Positions 19,178 to 27,340 of a stretch of 53,780 nt of DNA are shown piece by piece. Every line of letters starts with the position of its first letter. Position 1 is the stretch's first letter. The notes beneath the pieces were generated by a model that had not been told where the DNA came from, searched no databases, and saw only the letters and a program-made list of their open reading frames with translations. This stretch comes from a virus (taxonomy: Duplodnaviria > Caudoviricetes), in the IMG/VR virus record IMGVR_UViG_3300036987_000130, positions 1-53,780 of that record. The stretch is one strand, 5' to 3'. Both the position numbers and the translations under genes were made by a program.

Positions 19178-20485
19178 TTATTTTCCTTCTGCCCGGCGCT
19201 TCGCATCCACCAAAAGAGGATTGACCTCCCCGGTACTGATAGCCCCGACAGTCGAAAGAATTTCAGGACCACTGGCAGCCTTTGCTTCCAGTATCTTCTT
19301 CCTGGCATCATCAACCGATACGCGAGAAGCGATCAGCTCTTTCGCCATTTCCGGCCTCCCGCCCAGGGCGCATAGCTCGATGATGTCGGTAGCAATTTTC
19401 ACGGCATCGACAGCGCCGGCCTCTTTCCCTCTCAACTCCGCATCAGCCGGGCCTTCCGTCTCAGGCGGGTTCGCATCTTCGTTGTTTTCCGGCGTTGCCG
19501 CCGCTGTCTCAGGAGCCGCGACATCGGCAAGAACAGGGGAGAACCCCATTGCCTTTAACGCCTCCGCGACCCCTTCCGGATCTTCTGCCAGCAGGCCGAT
19601 CAACCCGGCTTTCAATTCCTCAAATTTCATTTGTCCCCCTCCTTGCATGTCATTTTCAATCCTTTGAAGCATTTCCTCCCACGACAAAACATCGTCGGCC
19701 AATCCAACCACAACCGCCTCGGCCCCAGAATAAGTCCGGGCCTTCGTGTCCCTTACCTCGTCGGCAGTTAGCCCCCTATTGCGAGCCACAGTCTCCACAA
19801 ACAAAGAATAAAAAGAATCAACAACATCTTGGAGACTGTTTTTGGCCTCCTTCTTCAACGGCTCATGAGGCGAAAACTCATTTTTTCGATCCCCGGCATA
19901 AACAGCGGTATATTTAAACCCTTCTGCTTGGTCATACTTGCTCTGGTCAACGTGTACGGCTATCACCCCGACTGACCCGACGCAGGCTGTCCTGGACAGA
20001 AAAACCTTGTCCGCCGCCGAAGCAATCGCATAAGCGGCGGACAAGGCTGTTTCGTTTGCCATCGCATAAATCGGCTTTGTTCCCCTGGCGCGGTATATTT
20101 CATCCACCAGATCGAACACCCCGGCAACTTCTCCGCCGGGTGAATCAATATCAAAAATGATTGCCCGGACCCCTGGGTCCGCCAGCGCCGCCCTGAATTC
20201 CTCCCGGATATCAATATATGCCGTCCTCCACCACCCGTAGCCACGATATGTCAGCCCGTTTAAAATGGAAATTATGGCTATGTCGCCAACCCGGTCCCGG
20301 CCCGCCTCGTCATCATCATCCATATACTGCCAATCGCTTTCGCACTTCCCGGTTCTCAGCGCAGACAAAATGCGCTCCACCTCCCGGCTGTCCGCCATAA
20401 GTGCGGTGTTAATCAGCCTGGTTGGAACTTGCGTTTCGATTAGCACCTTGGCCGGGGCCAATGTTTTGAGGCTCTCCTTTGCCAT
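19178..20485 (-). CDS. S49 prohead protease/scaffold (gpC-like)
   Basis: DIDSPGGEVAG, ANETALSAAYAIASAAD, GSVGV motifs; acidic scaffold-like C-terminus. Confidence 0.93.
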   Translation of the reverse strand: MAKESLKTLAPAKVLIETQVPTRLINTALMADSREVERILSALRTGKCESDWQYMDDDDEAGRDRVGDIAIISILNGLTYRGYGWWRTAYIDIREEFRAALADPGVRAIIFDIDSPGGEVAGVFDLVDEIYRARGTKPIYAMANETALSAAYAIASAADKVFLSRTACVGSVGVIAVHVDQSKYDQAEGFKYTAVYAGDRKNEFSPHEPLKKEAKNSLQDVVDSFYSLFVETVARNRGLTADEVRDTKARTYSGAEAVVVGLADDVLSWEEMLQRIENDMQGGGQMKFEELKAGLIGLLAEDPEGVAEALKAMGFSPVLADVAAPETAAATPENNEDANPPETEGPADAELRGKEAGAVDAVKIATDIIELCALGGRPEMAKELIASRVSVDDARKKILEAKAASGPEILSTVGAISTGEVNPLLVDAKRRAEGK

Positions 20486-21926
20486 CTTTTCTCCCATCAG
20501 AGTCGAACGTCAGCCCGGCGCGATCCGCCCTGGCGTTGTCCGCCCGTATTTCTTCTTCTAAGGTTTCAATATCCAGGCCCCGCTCCGCGACCTCTTGCGT
20601 CCGCGAGGAAAAACCAGCCCGGACCATACCGCTTGACGCTTTCAAATCTTTCAGCGGGTCAACCCACGGCCAGCCGTCAATCGTCCACTTGATCCGCCCA
20701 TATATCCGGGGGTTTTTTGCATACCCTGGAAGGTCTATGGCGCCAGACAAAACCGCCTGACTGAGCCAGTATTTCATGACCGGCTGGCAGAGCTGGAACG
20801 CCAGAATGTTCGATATGAACTGTTTGCACTGACGTTGGAATTCAAGATTCCCCGCTCGAATCGAGGAATAATTGACCCCGGTCAGATCGCCTGTGAATTT
20901 CTCGTAGGTCATTCCTCCCAGACCTCTGGCCGCCCGTCGCTCCTGGTGCCTGACAAAGCACTCATAATTACCGCCGACATCAGCAGGTTCGGAAAACTTC
21001 ACATCATAACCCGGCGACAGTTCCGGAAAGGTTCCAGGTTCGATGTTGATGACCGGAGCGCCCGTCTCATCATCATCGGTGATTATCCCCAAGGGAGAAG
21101 GCATATTTTCGGTTTCAGGGGGCTGCGTAATAAATCCACCGAACATGGCAGCGGTTTTCTTTCTGACCAGCTCCGCATCATTGAATTGATTGAGTTCGTG
21201 CATCGTTACAATGACAGACGACAACCACGGCCGCCCCCGCTTCATCCCTGGCCTAAGCGGACGATAAACATGCAAAATCTCACTTGCCGGAACGCGAACC
21301 CGGTCAAACTGGTTTCGAACAGTCATAAAAACTTCGCCGGGATGTTCCCTGAATAACCAATAAGCCACCCTGCGTCCGATCCCGTCGAACTCAATCCCCA
21401 TGCGGATTTCGTTGCCGTTTGGGGCGATAGTATTGTATGTTTCATCAAGGTGGTCTGCTTCAAGAACTTGCAGCTGTAAGGGCACCACCAAACCATCGGA
21501 AGGCCGGCGCGGCCTGAACCGTACAAGGACTTCCCCGGCCTCAACAATCGCCCTGGTTATCAGTGATTGCAGTCCATAAAAGTCAAATGCCTGATCTGCA
21601 TCAGCCTCCTGAACCCAATCAGCCCACAGAGCCTGGAGCTTCTTTTTAAGTTCGACATCTGGAAGTTGCCACCGGGGAGAAATCCCGATGCCAACGAGGT
21701 TTGATACCAGCGTGTCTATCCCGCCATCAATCTGCGGATCGTTTCTAACAAGTTCGCGCGATCTGGACCGCAAAACGCCGATTGACGAAAACAAGACATT
21801 GTTTGGCCCTGCGGAAGACAGCCCCCAAGCAGCAAGCCTTCGACCGGTCCCAGCGCCTTCGTTATCAGGGGCCAGCATCGTTATAGGGTTTCCCCGGCTG
21901 TCCAATATCCTTACTCGCCTCATCAT
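20409..21926 (-). CDS. Portal protein, lambda family
   Basis: LRSRSRELVRND, LQLQVLEADHL, GIEFD..GRRVAYW, VNYSSIRAG, WVDPLKD motifs. Confidence 0.96.
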   Translation of the reverse strand: MMRRVRILDSRGNPITMLAPDNEGAGTGRRLAAWGLSSAGPNNVLFSSIGVLRSRSRELVRNDPQIDGGIDTLVSNLVGIGISPRWQLPDVELKKKLQALWADWVQEADADQAFDFYGLQSLITRAIVEAGEVLVRFRPRRPSDGLVVPLQLQVLEADHLDETYNTIAPNGNEIRMGIEFDGIGRRVAYWLFREHPGEVFMTVRNQFDRVRVPASEILHVYRPLRPGMKRGRPWLSSVIVTMHELNQFNDAELVRKKTAAMFGGFITQPPETENMPSPLGIITDDDETGAPVINIEPGTFPELSPGYDVKFSEPADVGGNYECFVRHQERRAARGLGGMTYEKFTGDLTGVNYSSIRAGNLEFQRQCKQFISNILAFQLCQPVMKYWLSQAVLSGAIDLPGYAKNPRIYGRIKWTIDGWPWVDPLKDLKASSGMVRAGFSSRTQEVAERGLDIETLEEEIRADNARADRAGLTFDSDGRKDGKGEPQNIGPGQGANRNASSNQAD

Positions 21927-22144
21927 ATCCCCTTACTTGTTGACACCCGGTAGCATGATTTTCTTCCAGCCGCGCCACTAATACTGGCAAGCATCAAGAC
22001 CCTTTTTTTCATTAATTCCGCCAGCGTTACGGGCGCATAATCAATCATCTTGTCCCCGCTCGATGCCCGATTAACCCTTTGCCCGGCCTCAAGCTCCGCT
22101 ATTGCAGCGTCGAGCGCAGCTAAATCAGCTTCGGTGTAAGCCAT
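21923..22144 (-). CDS. Head-tail adaptor (gpW-like)
   Basis: 73 aa, YT.ADL.ALD.AI...G...DK.IDY....EL; directly upstream of the portal gene. Confidence 0.85.
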   Translation of the reverse strand: MAYTEADLAALDAAIAELEAGQRVNRASSGDKMIDYAPVTLAELMKKRVLMLASISGAAGRKSCYRVSTSKGI

Positions 22145-22204
22145 TCAAATACCCCCGTATATTTTTTTGCACAAAGAATACCCACATAAAGCGAATAAAC
22201 TCAA

Positions 22205-22260
22205 CGACCTATAGTTAATAAGGTTACTGAGGTTACATAAACTTTACTTTTGTTAATTTC
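22205..22260. promoter_or_regulatory. Phased GTTA(A/C) repeats upstream of the head operon; candidate late-activator site
   Basis: GTTA(A/C) at 22214, 22223 and 22232 (9-bp period), TTTAC at 22243, GTTAA at 22252, in the gap between a terminator and gpW. Confidence 0.45.
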
Positions 22261-22272
22261 TTAAAAAACGAC

Positions 22273-22320
22273 AAAAAAAAGGGGCCGCCCCATTTCTGAG
22301 ACGCCCCCCGGTTTTTTTGC
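22273..22320 (-). terminator. Intrinsic terminator closing the accessory island
   Basis: GC-rich hairpin GGGGGGCGTCTC-AGAAAT-GGGGCGGCCCC followed by a T8 run on the minus strand. Confidence 0.65.
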
Positions 22321-22341
22321 ACCTATTTTTTCAATTGCCGA

Positions 22342-22626
22342 TTATATGTTCAGGATTCTATCCTCCGCCCTTAATGCCAGCAGAAACGCCGCGTCTGCCG
22401 CTTTTTCCTTCCCGTCGATCCCGAACTGATGGACCGTTTTTACGCTTCCGGCAAGCCCTTCCGCTACCTCATACACAAACCAGGCTCCGCTATTTCCCCT
22501 CTGCGCGACATATCGCAGCCGCTTATCGCGGATTGCATACTCCACGAACTCTGTGGGGTGGCCGATTCTCCCCTCCGTTCTGGTGATCATCCTTCCGCCT
22601 CCCGCATCAATCCGCCTGACGTTCAT
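22342..22626 (-). CDS. Hypothetical small protein (island)
   Basis: ORF with GGAGGGGG RBS before MNVRRID; start uncertain. Confidence 0.5.
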   Translation of the reverse strand: MNVRRIDAGGGRMITRTEGRIGHPTEFVEYAIRDKRLRYVAQRGNSGAWFVYEVAEGLAGSVKTVHQFGIDGKEKAADAAFLLALRAEDRILNI

Positions 22627-22828
22627 CCTCGCCCCCTCCAAACAAGTCGGCCATCTTGCAGCCATAGCAGCGCAGCGTTCCGACGCCATCATTGGACACC
22701 GCATACCCCAGACCAATGTCAGGGAACTCCCCCATCATTCTATGGGCAAACCGCCGCGCATTTTTAATGGATTTATATTTCCGGATAACATAGTGATGGT
22801 CGATGGTTAAATAATGTAATTCTACCAT
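22607..22828 (-). CDS. Hypothetical small protein (island)
   Basis: 73-aa ORF with a strong GGAGGG RBS. Confidence 0.65.
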   Translation of the reverse strand: MVELHYLTIDHHYVIRKYKSIKNARRFAHRMMGEFPDIGLGYAVSNDGVGTLRCYGCKMADLFGGGEDERQAD

Positions 22829-22881
22829 GATGGGACACCCTCCTTTTTTTGTTGCGCCCGGTAAAACCTGGCGGACTGTTT

Positions 22882-23196
22882 TTATTTGAAAGAAACCTTC
22901 GGCATCCGGGTTTCCAGCCCCGTGTGATCCCGAAACTGCCTGTGCAGGTCATCGAAATAAACGTTGTTGACCATCGCGATTTCCTTTACCCTCATCCCGT
23001 TGATATTCAAAAAAGCCATATCATATAAATCCTTGTCATTCAGGGCAATTATAACATGCGTAACCCCAAACATATTCCCCATAATACCGAACGACAGCCC
23101 ATTGTCGGTACTGATAAAATTCCTCGCCCCGGTCACGACCTCAAACGCCCTGCCAAGTTGATTCCGGATCGTGTTCCCCACCGTCATGTCGGTCAT
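22882..23196 (-). CDS. Conserved-looking small phage protein of unknown function
   Basis: TIRNQLG..F..VTGA.NF...GLSF...DLYD..F...VYFDDL...F...TGL pattern familiar from phage accessory regions; GGGGAGG RBS. Confidence 0.75.
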   Translation of the reverse strand: MTDMTVGNTIRNQLGRAFEVVTGARNFISTDNGLSFGIMGNMFGVTHVIIALNDKDLYDMAFLNINGMRVKEIAMVNNVYFDDLHRQFRDHTGLETRMPKVSFK

Positions 23197-23212
23197 TTTG
23201 CACCTCCCCTTT

Positions 23213-23380
23213 TTAAAGACAAAAATCTGTAAGCTCTTCCAGCGACATCGCCAATAAAACACCGCCCATCGTTCGCACAGTCACCTTGCGGGCAACCAGA
23301 TCAACGCCCACGATAGAAACATAGCCGAATTTTTCTGACTTCATTCTGGCCGTCCTGAATAATTCCATTTTTGACTTCAT
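23213..23380 (-). CDS. 55-aa protein missed by the ORF track (MKSKMELFRTARM...EELTDFCL)
   Basis: Translated by hand. ATGA overlap with the upstream stop, AGGGGG RBS, and it fills the gap. Confidence 0.65.
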   Translation of the reverse strand: MKSKMELFRTARMKSEKFGYVSIVGVDLVARKVTVRTMGGVLLAMSLEELTDFCL

Positions 23381-23637
23381 GCCAGCCCCCTTTCATTTTC
23401 ATATCTGACCAAAGCCGCAAACCTCTTAGACCGGCCAGCCTTATTGATAACCCTTATTTTATTTATAGCGACATTTATCTCAGACGCCAACATTTTGAAT
23501 GCTTCTTCCGCCGGAATCTTTTCATCTTGCTCAACATTTCCATATTTTGCTTCCAGCGCGGCCTGTTTTTCGGCTGCCCGCGCTTTTTTTGCATCATTCA
23601 TTCTCTTTAAGGTTTTTTGTATTTGCGCCTGGTCCAT
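23377..23637 (-). CDS. Hypothetical protein, first gene after promoter P2
   Basis: 86-aa helical ORF with GGGGAG RBS. Confidence 0.7.
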   Translation of the reverse strand: MDQAQIQKTLKRMNDAKKARAAEKQAALEAKYGNVEQDEKIPAEEAFKMLASEINVAINKIRVINKAGRSKRFAALVRYENERGLA

Positions 23638-23682
23638 TTTTTCTCCCCTTAAGTTCCCGTTTTTATTGTTGATCTTGATTGC

Positions 23683-23745
23683 GTTATACTCTCAGGGATT
23701 TAACGTGTCAACACTTTTTTATTATTTTTTTGTCATTACATAAAA
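23683..23745 (-). promoter_or_regulatory. Sigma70-type promoter P2 with UP element
   Basis: TTGACA (23711-23706), 17 nt, TATAAC (23688-23683); A-tracts upstream; -35 lies inside GTGTTGACAC. Confidence 0.85.
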
Positions 23746-23772
23746 AAAGATGGACGCCTTTCGGTATCCACC
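23742..23772 (-). terminator. Intrinsic terminator upstream of P2
   Basis: GTGGATACC-GAAA-GGCGTCCAT followed by CTTTTTTT. Confidence 0.7.
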
Positions 23773-23858
23773 TTAACGCTTAGATTTTATTTGATATTAT
23801 CAGGTTTGTACTCGCGCGGGACTGGCCATCTTGATTCTACAAGAACGTAGATGCAGTC

Positions 23859-24134
23859 TCATTCGCTTACGCATGTATTTATACCCGGCACCCCGGACAT
23901 CCCGGCTACGGGGGCTACGGCTCGTGCAACCGCCATTTCCGGATTTTCACCTAAAAGGGCTTTTTCAATCAATCGCCCCGCACTGATCCCTTCCGCTGCC
24001 GCTTTTTTTCTGATTTCCTCTATAAGCCAAAAGGGGATTGTGACCTGATATTTATGCCGCAAAAAACCTTTTTCCTTGTACGGGCCTCGCTCCCCTGGGG
24101 GACGACCTCGTTTACGCTTCGGTTCCAGAATCAT
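23859..24134 (-). CDS. AT-hook + ribbon-helix-helix-like DNA-binding protein
   Basis: KRGRPPG followed by YQVTIP.WLIEEIR...GISAGRLIEKAL (strand-helix-helix pattern). Confidence 0.65.
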   Translation of the reverse strand: MILEPKRKRGRPPGERGPYKEKGFLRHKYQVTIPFWLIEEIRKKAAAEGISAGRLIEKALLGENPEMAVARAVAPVAGMSGVPGINTCVSE

Positions 24135-24435
24135 CCTGCCTCCCCTCCCATTTTACCAAGGTTTTGTATGACGCCTCCCAAATCTCCCGACAGACTGCCC
24201 CGGGCTGCCCATTTTTTTTAATTCTATAGCCGAAATAGCTGGGCTTCCCGTCGTATCCGGCCACAACCGTTTTGAGTTTCCAGACCCGCACCCCGCCGTC
24301 GGTTGTCACCAGATCACCGGGCCGGAGGCTTGTCATTAAAACCGCAATCTGGTCCCGCAGCACCTTACGCCGCTTGACCAATCGCACCATCTGTTTTTCA
24401 AGCTCATCAAGCTCTTTTTTTATTTCCTCAATCAT
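24112..24435 (-). CDS. Hypothetical protein (coiled coil plus small beta domain)
   Basis: GGGAGGGG RBS before MIEEIKKEL. Confidence 0.65.
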   Translation of the reverse strand: MIEEIKKELDELEKQMVRLVKRRKVLRDQIAVLMTSLRPGDLVTTDGGVRVWKLKTVVAGYDGKPSYFGYRIKKNGQPGAVCREIWEASYKTLVKWEGRQDDSGTEA

Positions 24436-24482
24436 TTTTCCCCTCCCCATGAAAGGCCCCGGGACGACCGGGGCCATGTCCT

Positions 24483-25361
24483 TTATTGGGCCTCATATTT
24501 CCGGTTTAAAATATAATCCGCCGCCAGTTGCGCCTTCCCTGCGGCCTGAATCAACAATTTTCGATCTTTCCTTAACTGGCTTAGCCAACCGTCGATATAT
24601 GCCGCCTGGTTGTCAATGACCTCGTTGGAAATCCCGGCTTCCGCACAAAGAAACGCCGCCCCCATTTCCGCCACAAGTTCCTCTTTGCTGTACAATTGAG
24701 AACCGTAAAAGCCGCCCCCCGCGACCCCTTCTCTATCCAGGCGGCTCTTGTGCCCGGTCGAATGGACCAGCTCATGAAAGAGAGTAGAATAATATTCGGG
24801 CTCCGAATCAAAATTGCACCCCTGAGGCATAATGACGGTATCGGTTGACGGGCGATATGCAGCCCTGCTTGCCCCTCCCGTGACCGTCGGCGGGTTCGGC
24901 ATTCCACCAACTATCCGCACCGCCCGCTCAATTTGCTCAAAGGGTTTAACTGGCTCCACCGGCGCAGCGGTGTCCTCAATCCCCTCACATTGTGACAGAT
25001 TGAACACGGTATAATATTTCAAGAAAGGAATCTTCCTTGTCCGCCCTGGCTCGTCGGTCGGTTTTTCAATAAAATTCCAAAAAACGACAGGAGTCCCCTT
25101 CTCCCCGGCGATCACCCGTCCGCCCGCTTCGACTGCCTGCTTAAACGTCAACCACTTCGGCGATACATACCCTGAGCACAAGAGCATCAACACATTGACG
25201 CCGCGATATTCCTTCTTGGACTTATAATTTACCGGGGCAGAATCGCCCCCCGACCATGACTTGCGCCAAGGAATAACCCCTTTTTCAAGCGCCGCAATAA
25301 TTCTCTCCGTGACAAACTGGTAAATTTTTTCTTGACCGTCTTTCTGTTTTGGTGTATTCAT
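24483..25361 (-). CDS. ardC: ArdC-family antirestriction/ssDNA-binding zincin-like protein
   Basis: IY..VT.RII..LE.G.IPW.K.W, YRGVN, WLTFKQA, VFN..Q, YYSTLFHELVHSTGH, YSKEELVAE.GAAFL, AAYI.GW; AGGAG RBS before 25361. Confidence 0.92.
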   Translation of the reverse strand: MNTPKQKDGQEKIYQFVTERIIAALEKGVIPWRKSWSGGDSAPVNYKSKKEYRGVNVLMLLCSGYVSPKWLTFKQAVEAGGRVIAGEKGTPVVFWNFIEKPTDEPGRTRKIPFLKYYTVFNLSQCEGIEDTAAPVEPVKPFEQIERAVRIVGGMPNPPTVTGGASRAAYRPSTDTVIMPQGCNFDSEPEYYSTLFHELVHSTGHKSRLDREGVAGGGFYGSQLYSKEELVAEMGAAFLCAEAGISNEVIDNQAAYIDGWLSQLRKDRKLLIQAAGKAQLAADYILNRKYEAQ

Positions 25362-25449
25362 CTTTTTAAGCTCCTTTGTTTTCTGTTTGACGTGGTATTC
25401 TCGCTTAGGCCCGGCGAACCGTTCCAGCGGTTTTCCGGGCCGATCTCTT

Positions 25450-25854
25450 TTATAACCCCTTGCGTACCGACCGAATAACCGCATCAGCCGCTTTCTTGGT
25501 CTTAAAAAAAATAGGACCTTCAACAACTTTACCTCCGACCACCACATATGCCGCCATGATCCCCCATGCCCCCCGCCGCCCCTGCTTCATCGCCATGGAT
25601 GTCGTTGAGATTATCCGGTCAATCTCCTGTCCGCTTCCGTCCTTCATTTTCTGCCGCCCCTCCCTCGACGGTGAATAAATAAATGTCCACGCCCAGCACA
25701 GGTCAACATTGATGTCATCATCATAATAGCCTTCGTCATACCAAAAAATATTTCCGCCCTCAGTCAACTTGACAACGGAACCGCCCTTCTTTGCTTGATG
25801 CTCAAACGCCTCTGCCTCTGTATCGAATTCAATTCTGGTTCTCATGCCGCGCAT
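25450..25854 (-). CDS. Hypothetical protein (island)
   Basis: AGGAGG RBS, compact packing. Confidence 0.6.
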   Translation of the reverse strand: MRGMRTRIEFDTEAEAFEHQAKKGGSVVKLTEGGNIFWYDEGYYDDDINVDLCWAWTFIYSPSREGRQKMKDGSGQEIDRIISTTSMAMKQGRRGAWGIMAAYVVVGGKVVEGPIFFKTKKAADAVIRSVRKGL

Positions 25855-25859
25855 CCTCC

Positions 25860-26150
25860 TTACATGAAAATGTATTCAATTGCCGAATGAACCATATAAA
25901 CGCACTTGCCCCCCCTGAACGTGGAGGAAAAATATGCGATGTGCCAATCATCCTTGATCGTCAGGCCCTGCGTCTTTCTCCTTGAATAACAACCGAACAA
26001 GTCCGCGACCTTCCCGATGTCAACATACCGACAGAACGTGCCGTATTCAATCGGCCTCCCGGCCTCGATCATGGCATGCAAGTCGTCAACTTCTTCCCGT
26101 GGCACATCAACGCAACTGATCACGAAATCATATTTTTTCATGCCGCGCAC
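25860..26150 (-). CDS. Hypothetical small phage protein (island)
   Basis: DWH..YF.S.FRG..C.Y.VHSAIEYIF pattern; AGGAG RBS. Confidence 0.7.
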   Translation of the reverse strand: MRGMKKYDFVISCVDVPREEVDDLHAMIEAGRPIEYGTFCRYVDIGKVADLFGCYSRRKTQGLTIKDDWHIAYFSSTFRGGKCVYMVHSAIEYIFM

Positions 26151-26325
26151 TCTCCTTTTTTTTTAGATAAGCGATCCCGTCACGCCGCCCACTACAGACA
26201 CTGTCCTCGTCATAAAAATGCCCCTGCTCCCTGATCGCATCATAAGCAGAATCAATATCCATTCCAGTTCCGCGCATCCAGCCAACAAGGTAGCCCGTAA
26301 TTTCAATAATTTCTACCGCTCCCAT
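26128..26325 (-). CDS. Hypothetical small protein (island)
   Basis: GGAGGGG RBS; overlaps its neighbours. Confidence 0.6.
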   Translation of the reverse strand: MGAVEIIEITGYLVGWMRGTGMDIDSAYDAIREQGHFYDEDSVCSGRRDGIAYLKKKESARHEKI

Positions 26326-26501
26326 TTTGCCCCCTCCACTTCTACAAGGTATATGGTTCTCCCGCCGACCTGGATGTGGATATGCCTCGACAATTCCAGG
26401 TCAAGAATCCACTTGCCAGCCTGTTTCGCTTCCTCAATAGACAAATACAAGCCCCAAATTGAGAACAGGCCGTTGTTTAACCAATACAAAACGTGCACCA
26501 T
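26313..26501 (-). CDS. Hypothetical small protein (island)
   Basis: G-rich RBS; GLYLSIEEAK motif. Confidence 0.55.
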   Translation of the reverse strand: MVHVLYWLNNGLFSIWGLYLSIEEAKQAGKWILDLELSRHIHIQVGGRTIYLVEVEGAKWER

Positions 26502-26515
26502 GTCGCCCCCCCCTC

Positions 26516-26761
26516 TTATACGTTGTAATAATAAGTGACGGTCGCCTTAACCTTCCTGGCGCTGACCTGAACAACATTCGTAACATAACAGTGACAGATG
26601 CAGCCGCAACAATCATATGAATGGCCGCAAGGTTCGATATAAAACTCGCGGTCAAGGGCCTCCCGCGGGTCCCTTGACTCCACAGCCGACAACCGCACAA
26701 GAACCCGATATTCAAAACCATCGAAATCGGACCGCGTTTTTTTCTTCCGTAATAACTTCAT
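26516..26761 (-). CDS. Hypothetical Cys/His-rich small protein
   Basis: CGHSYDCCGC cluster (possible Zn site); GGGGGAG RBS. Confidence 0.7.
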   Translation of the reverse strand: MKLLRKKKTRSDFDGFEYRVLVRLSAVESRDPREALDREFYIEPCGHSYDCCGCICHCYVTNVVQVSARKVKATVTYYYNV

Positions 26762-26770
26762 AGCTCCCCC

Positions 26771-26968
26771 CTACTGTTTAATTTTTGGGTGAATTTTTAG
26801 CCACTCCCGTTTTATGTTTATCCACATAAGCGACCCTAAAAAATCAATCAAGACCTGCAACCCCAACGGCTTTGACGACATAAATCCCAAGCTGCCGTTA
26901 TATCTGACAGCATAAAATTCAGTCATTATTCCAGTTTCTTTCAAGACGCCCATTGGGTTCATGCCCAT
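26771..26968 (-). CDS. Hypothetical protein, first gene after promoter P1
   Basis: 65-aa ORF with a GGGGGGAG RBS. Confidence 0.55.
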   Translation of the reverse strand: MGMNPMGVLKETGIMTEFYAVRYNGSLGFMSSKPLGLQVLIDFLGSLMWINIKREWLKIHPKIKQ

Positions 26969-27023
26969 GTTTCTTTCTCCCCCCTTTTTTTAAGTTGCTG
27001 TTATCGTTCCTGATCTTGATTAC

Positions 27024-27085
27024 ACCCTATCCGTTCTGAATTAATGTGTCAACACTTTTTATTATTTTTTTTGTCATCACATAAA
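27024..27085 (-). promoter_or_regulatory. Sigma70-type promoter P1 with UP element
   Basis: TTGACA (27052-27047), 17 nt, TAGGGT (27029-27024); about 45 bp near-identical to the P2 upstream region. Confidence 0.8.
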
Positions 27086-27110
27086 AAAAAGGCCGCTGAA
27101 TAGCGACCTG
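27083..27110 (-). terminator. Intrinsic terminator after terL/HTH
   Basis: AGGTCGCT-ATTC-AGCGGCCT followed by a T run. Confidence 0.75.
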
Positions 27111-27133
27111 TTTAATTTCAAGGGCTTATATGG

Positions 27134-27337
27134 TTAAAAGTCATAATCCTGCCCCTGTATTTTTGACCTCTCAACAAAAAGAGCCACAGATGCCTCATAT
27201 ACCCTGATGCCTCGACTTCCGAGCTTTATCGCATCAAGTTTGCCGTCCTGTATTAACCGGTAAACATGCTTTGGTGTACAGCACAATCTCCCGGCGACCG
27301 TCTTGACATATAATAGCTTGCCGACATTTTGCATCAA
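27134..27337 (-). CDS. Small excisionase-like (MerR-type winged HTH) DNA-binding protein
   Basis: LLYVKTVA.RL.CT...VYRLI..GKL.AIKLG.RGIRV pattern. Confidence 0.85.
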   Translation of the reverse strand: MMQNVGKLLYVKTVAGRLCCTPKHVYRLIQDGKLDAIKLGSRGIRVYEASVALFVERSKIQGQDYDF

Positions 27338-27340
27338 TTC

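Noticed and set aside
27134-27337. True excisionase
   Set aside because: The fold fits, but it is 14 kb from int/attP and coupled to terL. A late-regulator role is more plausible, though not proven.
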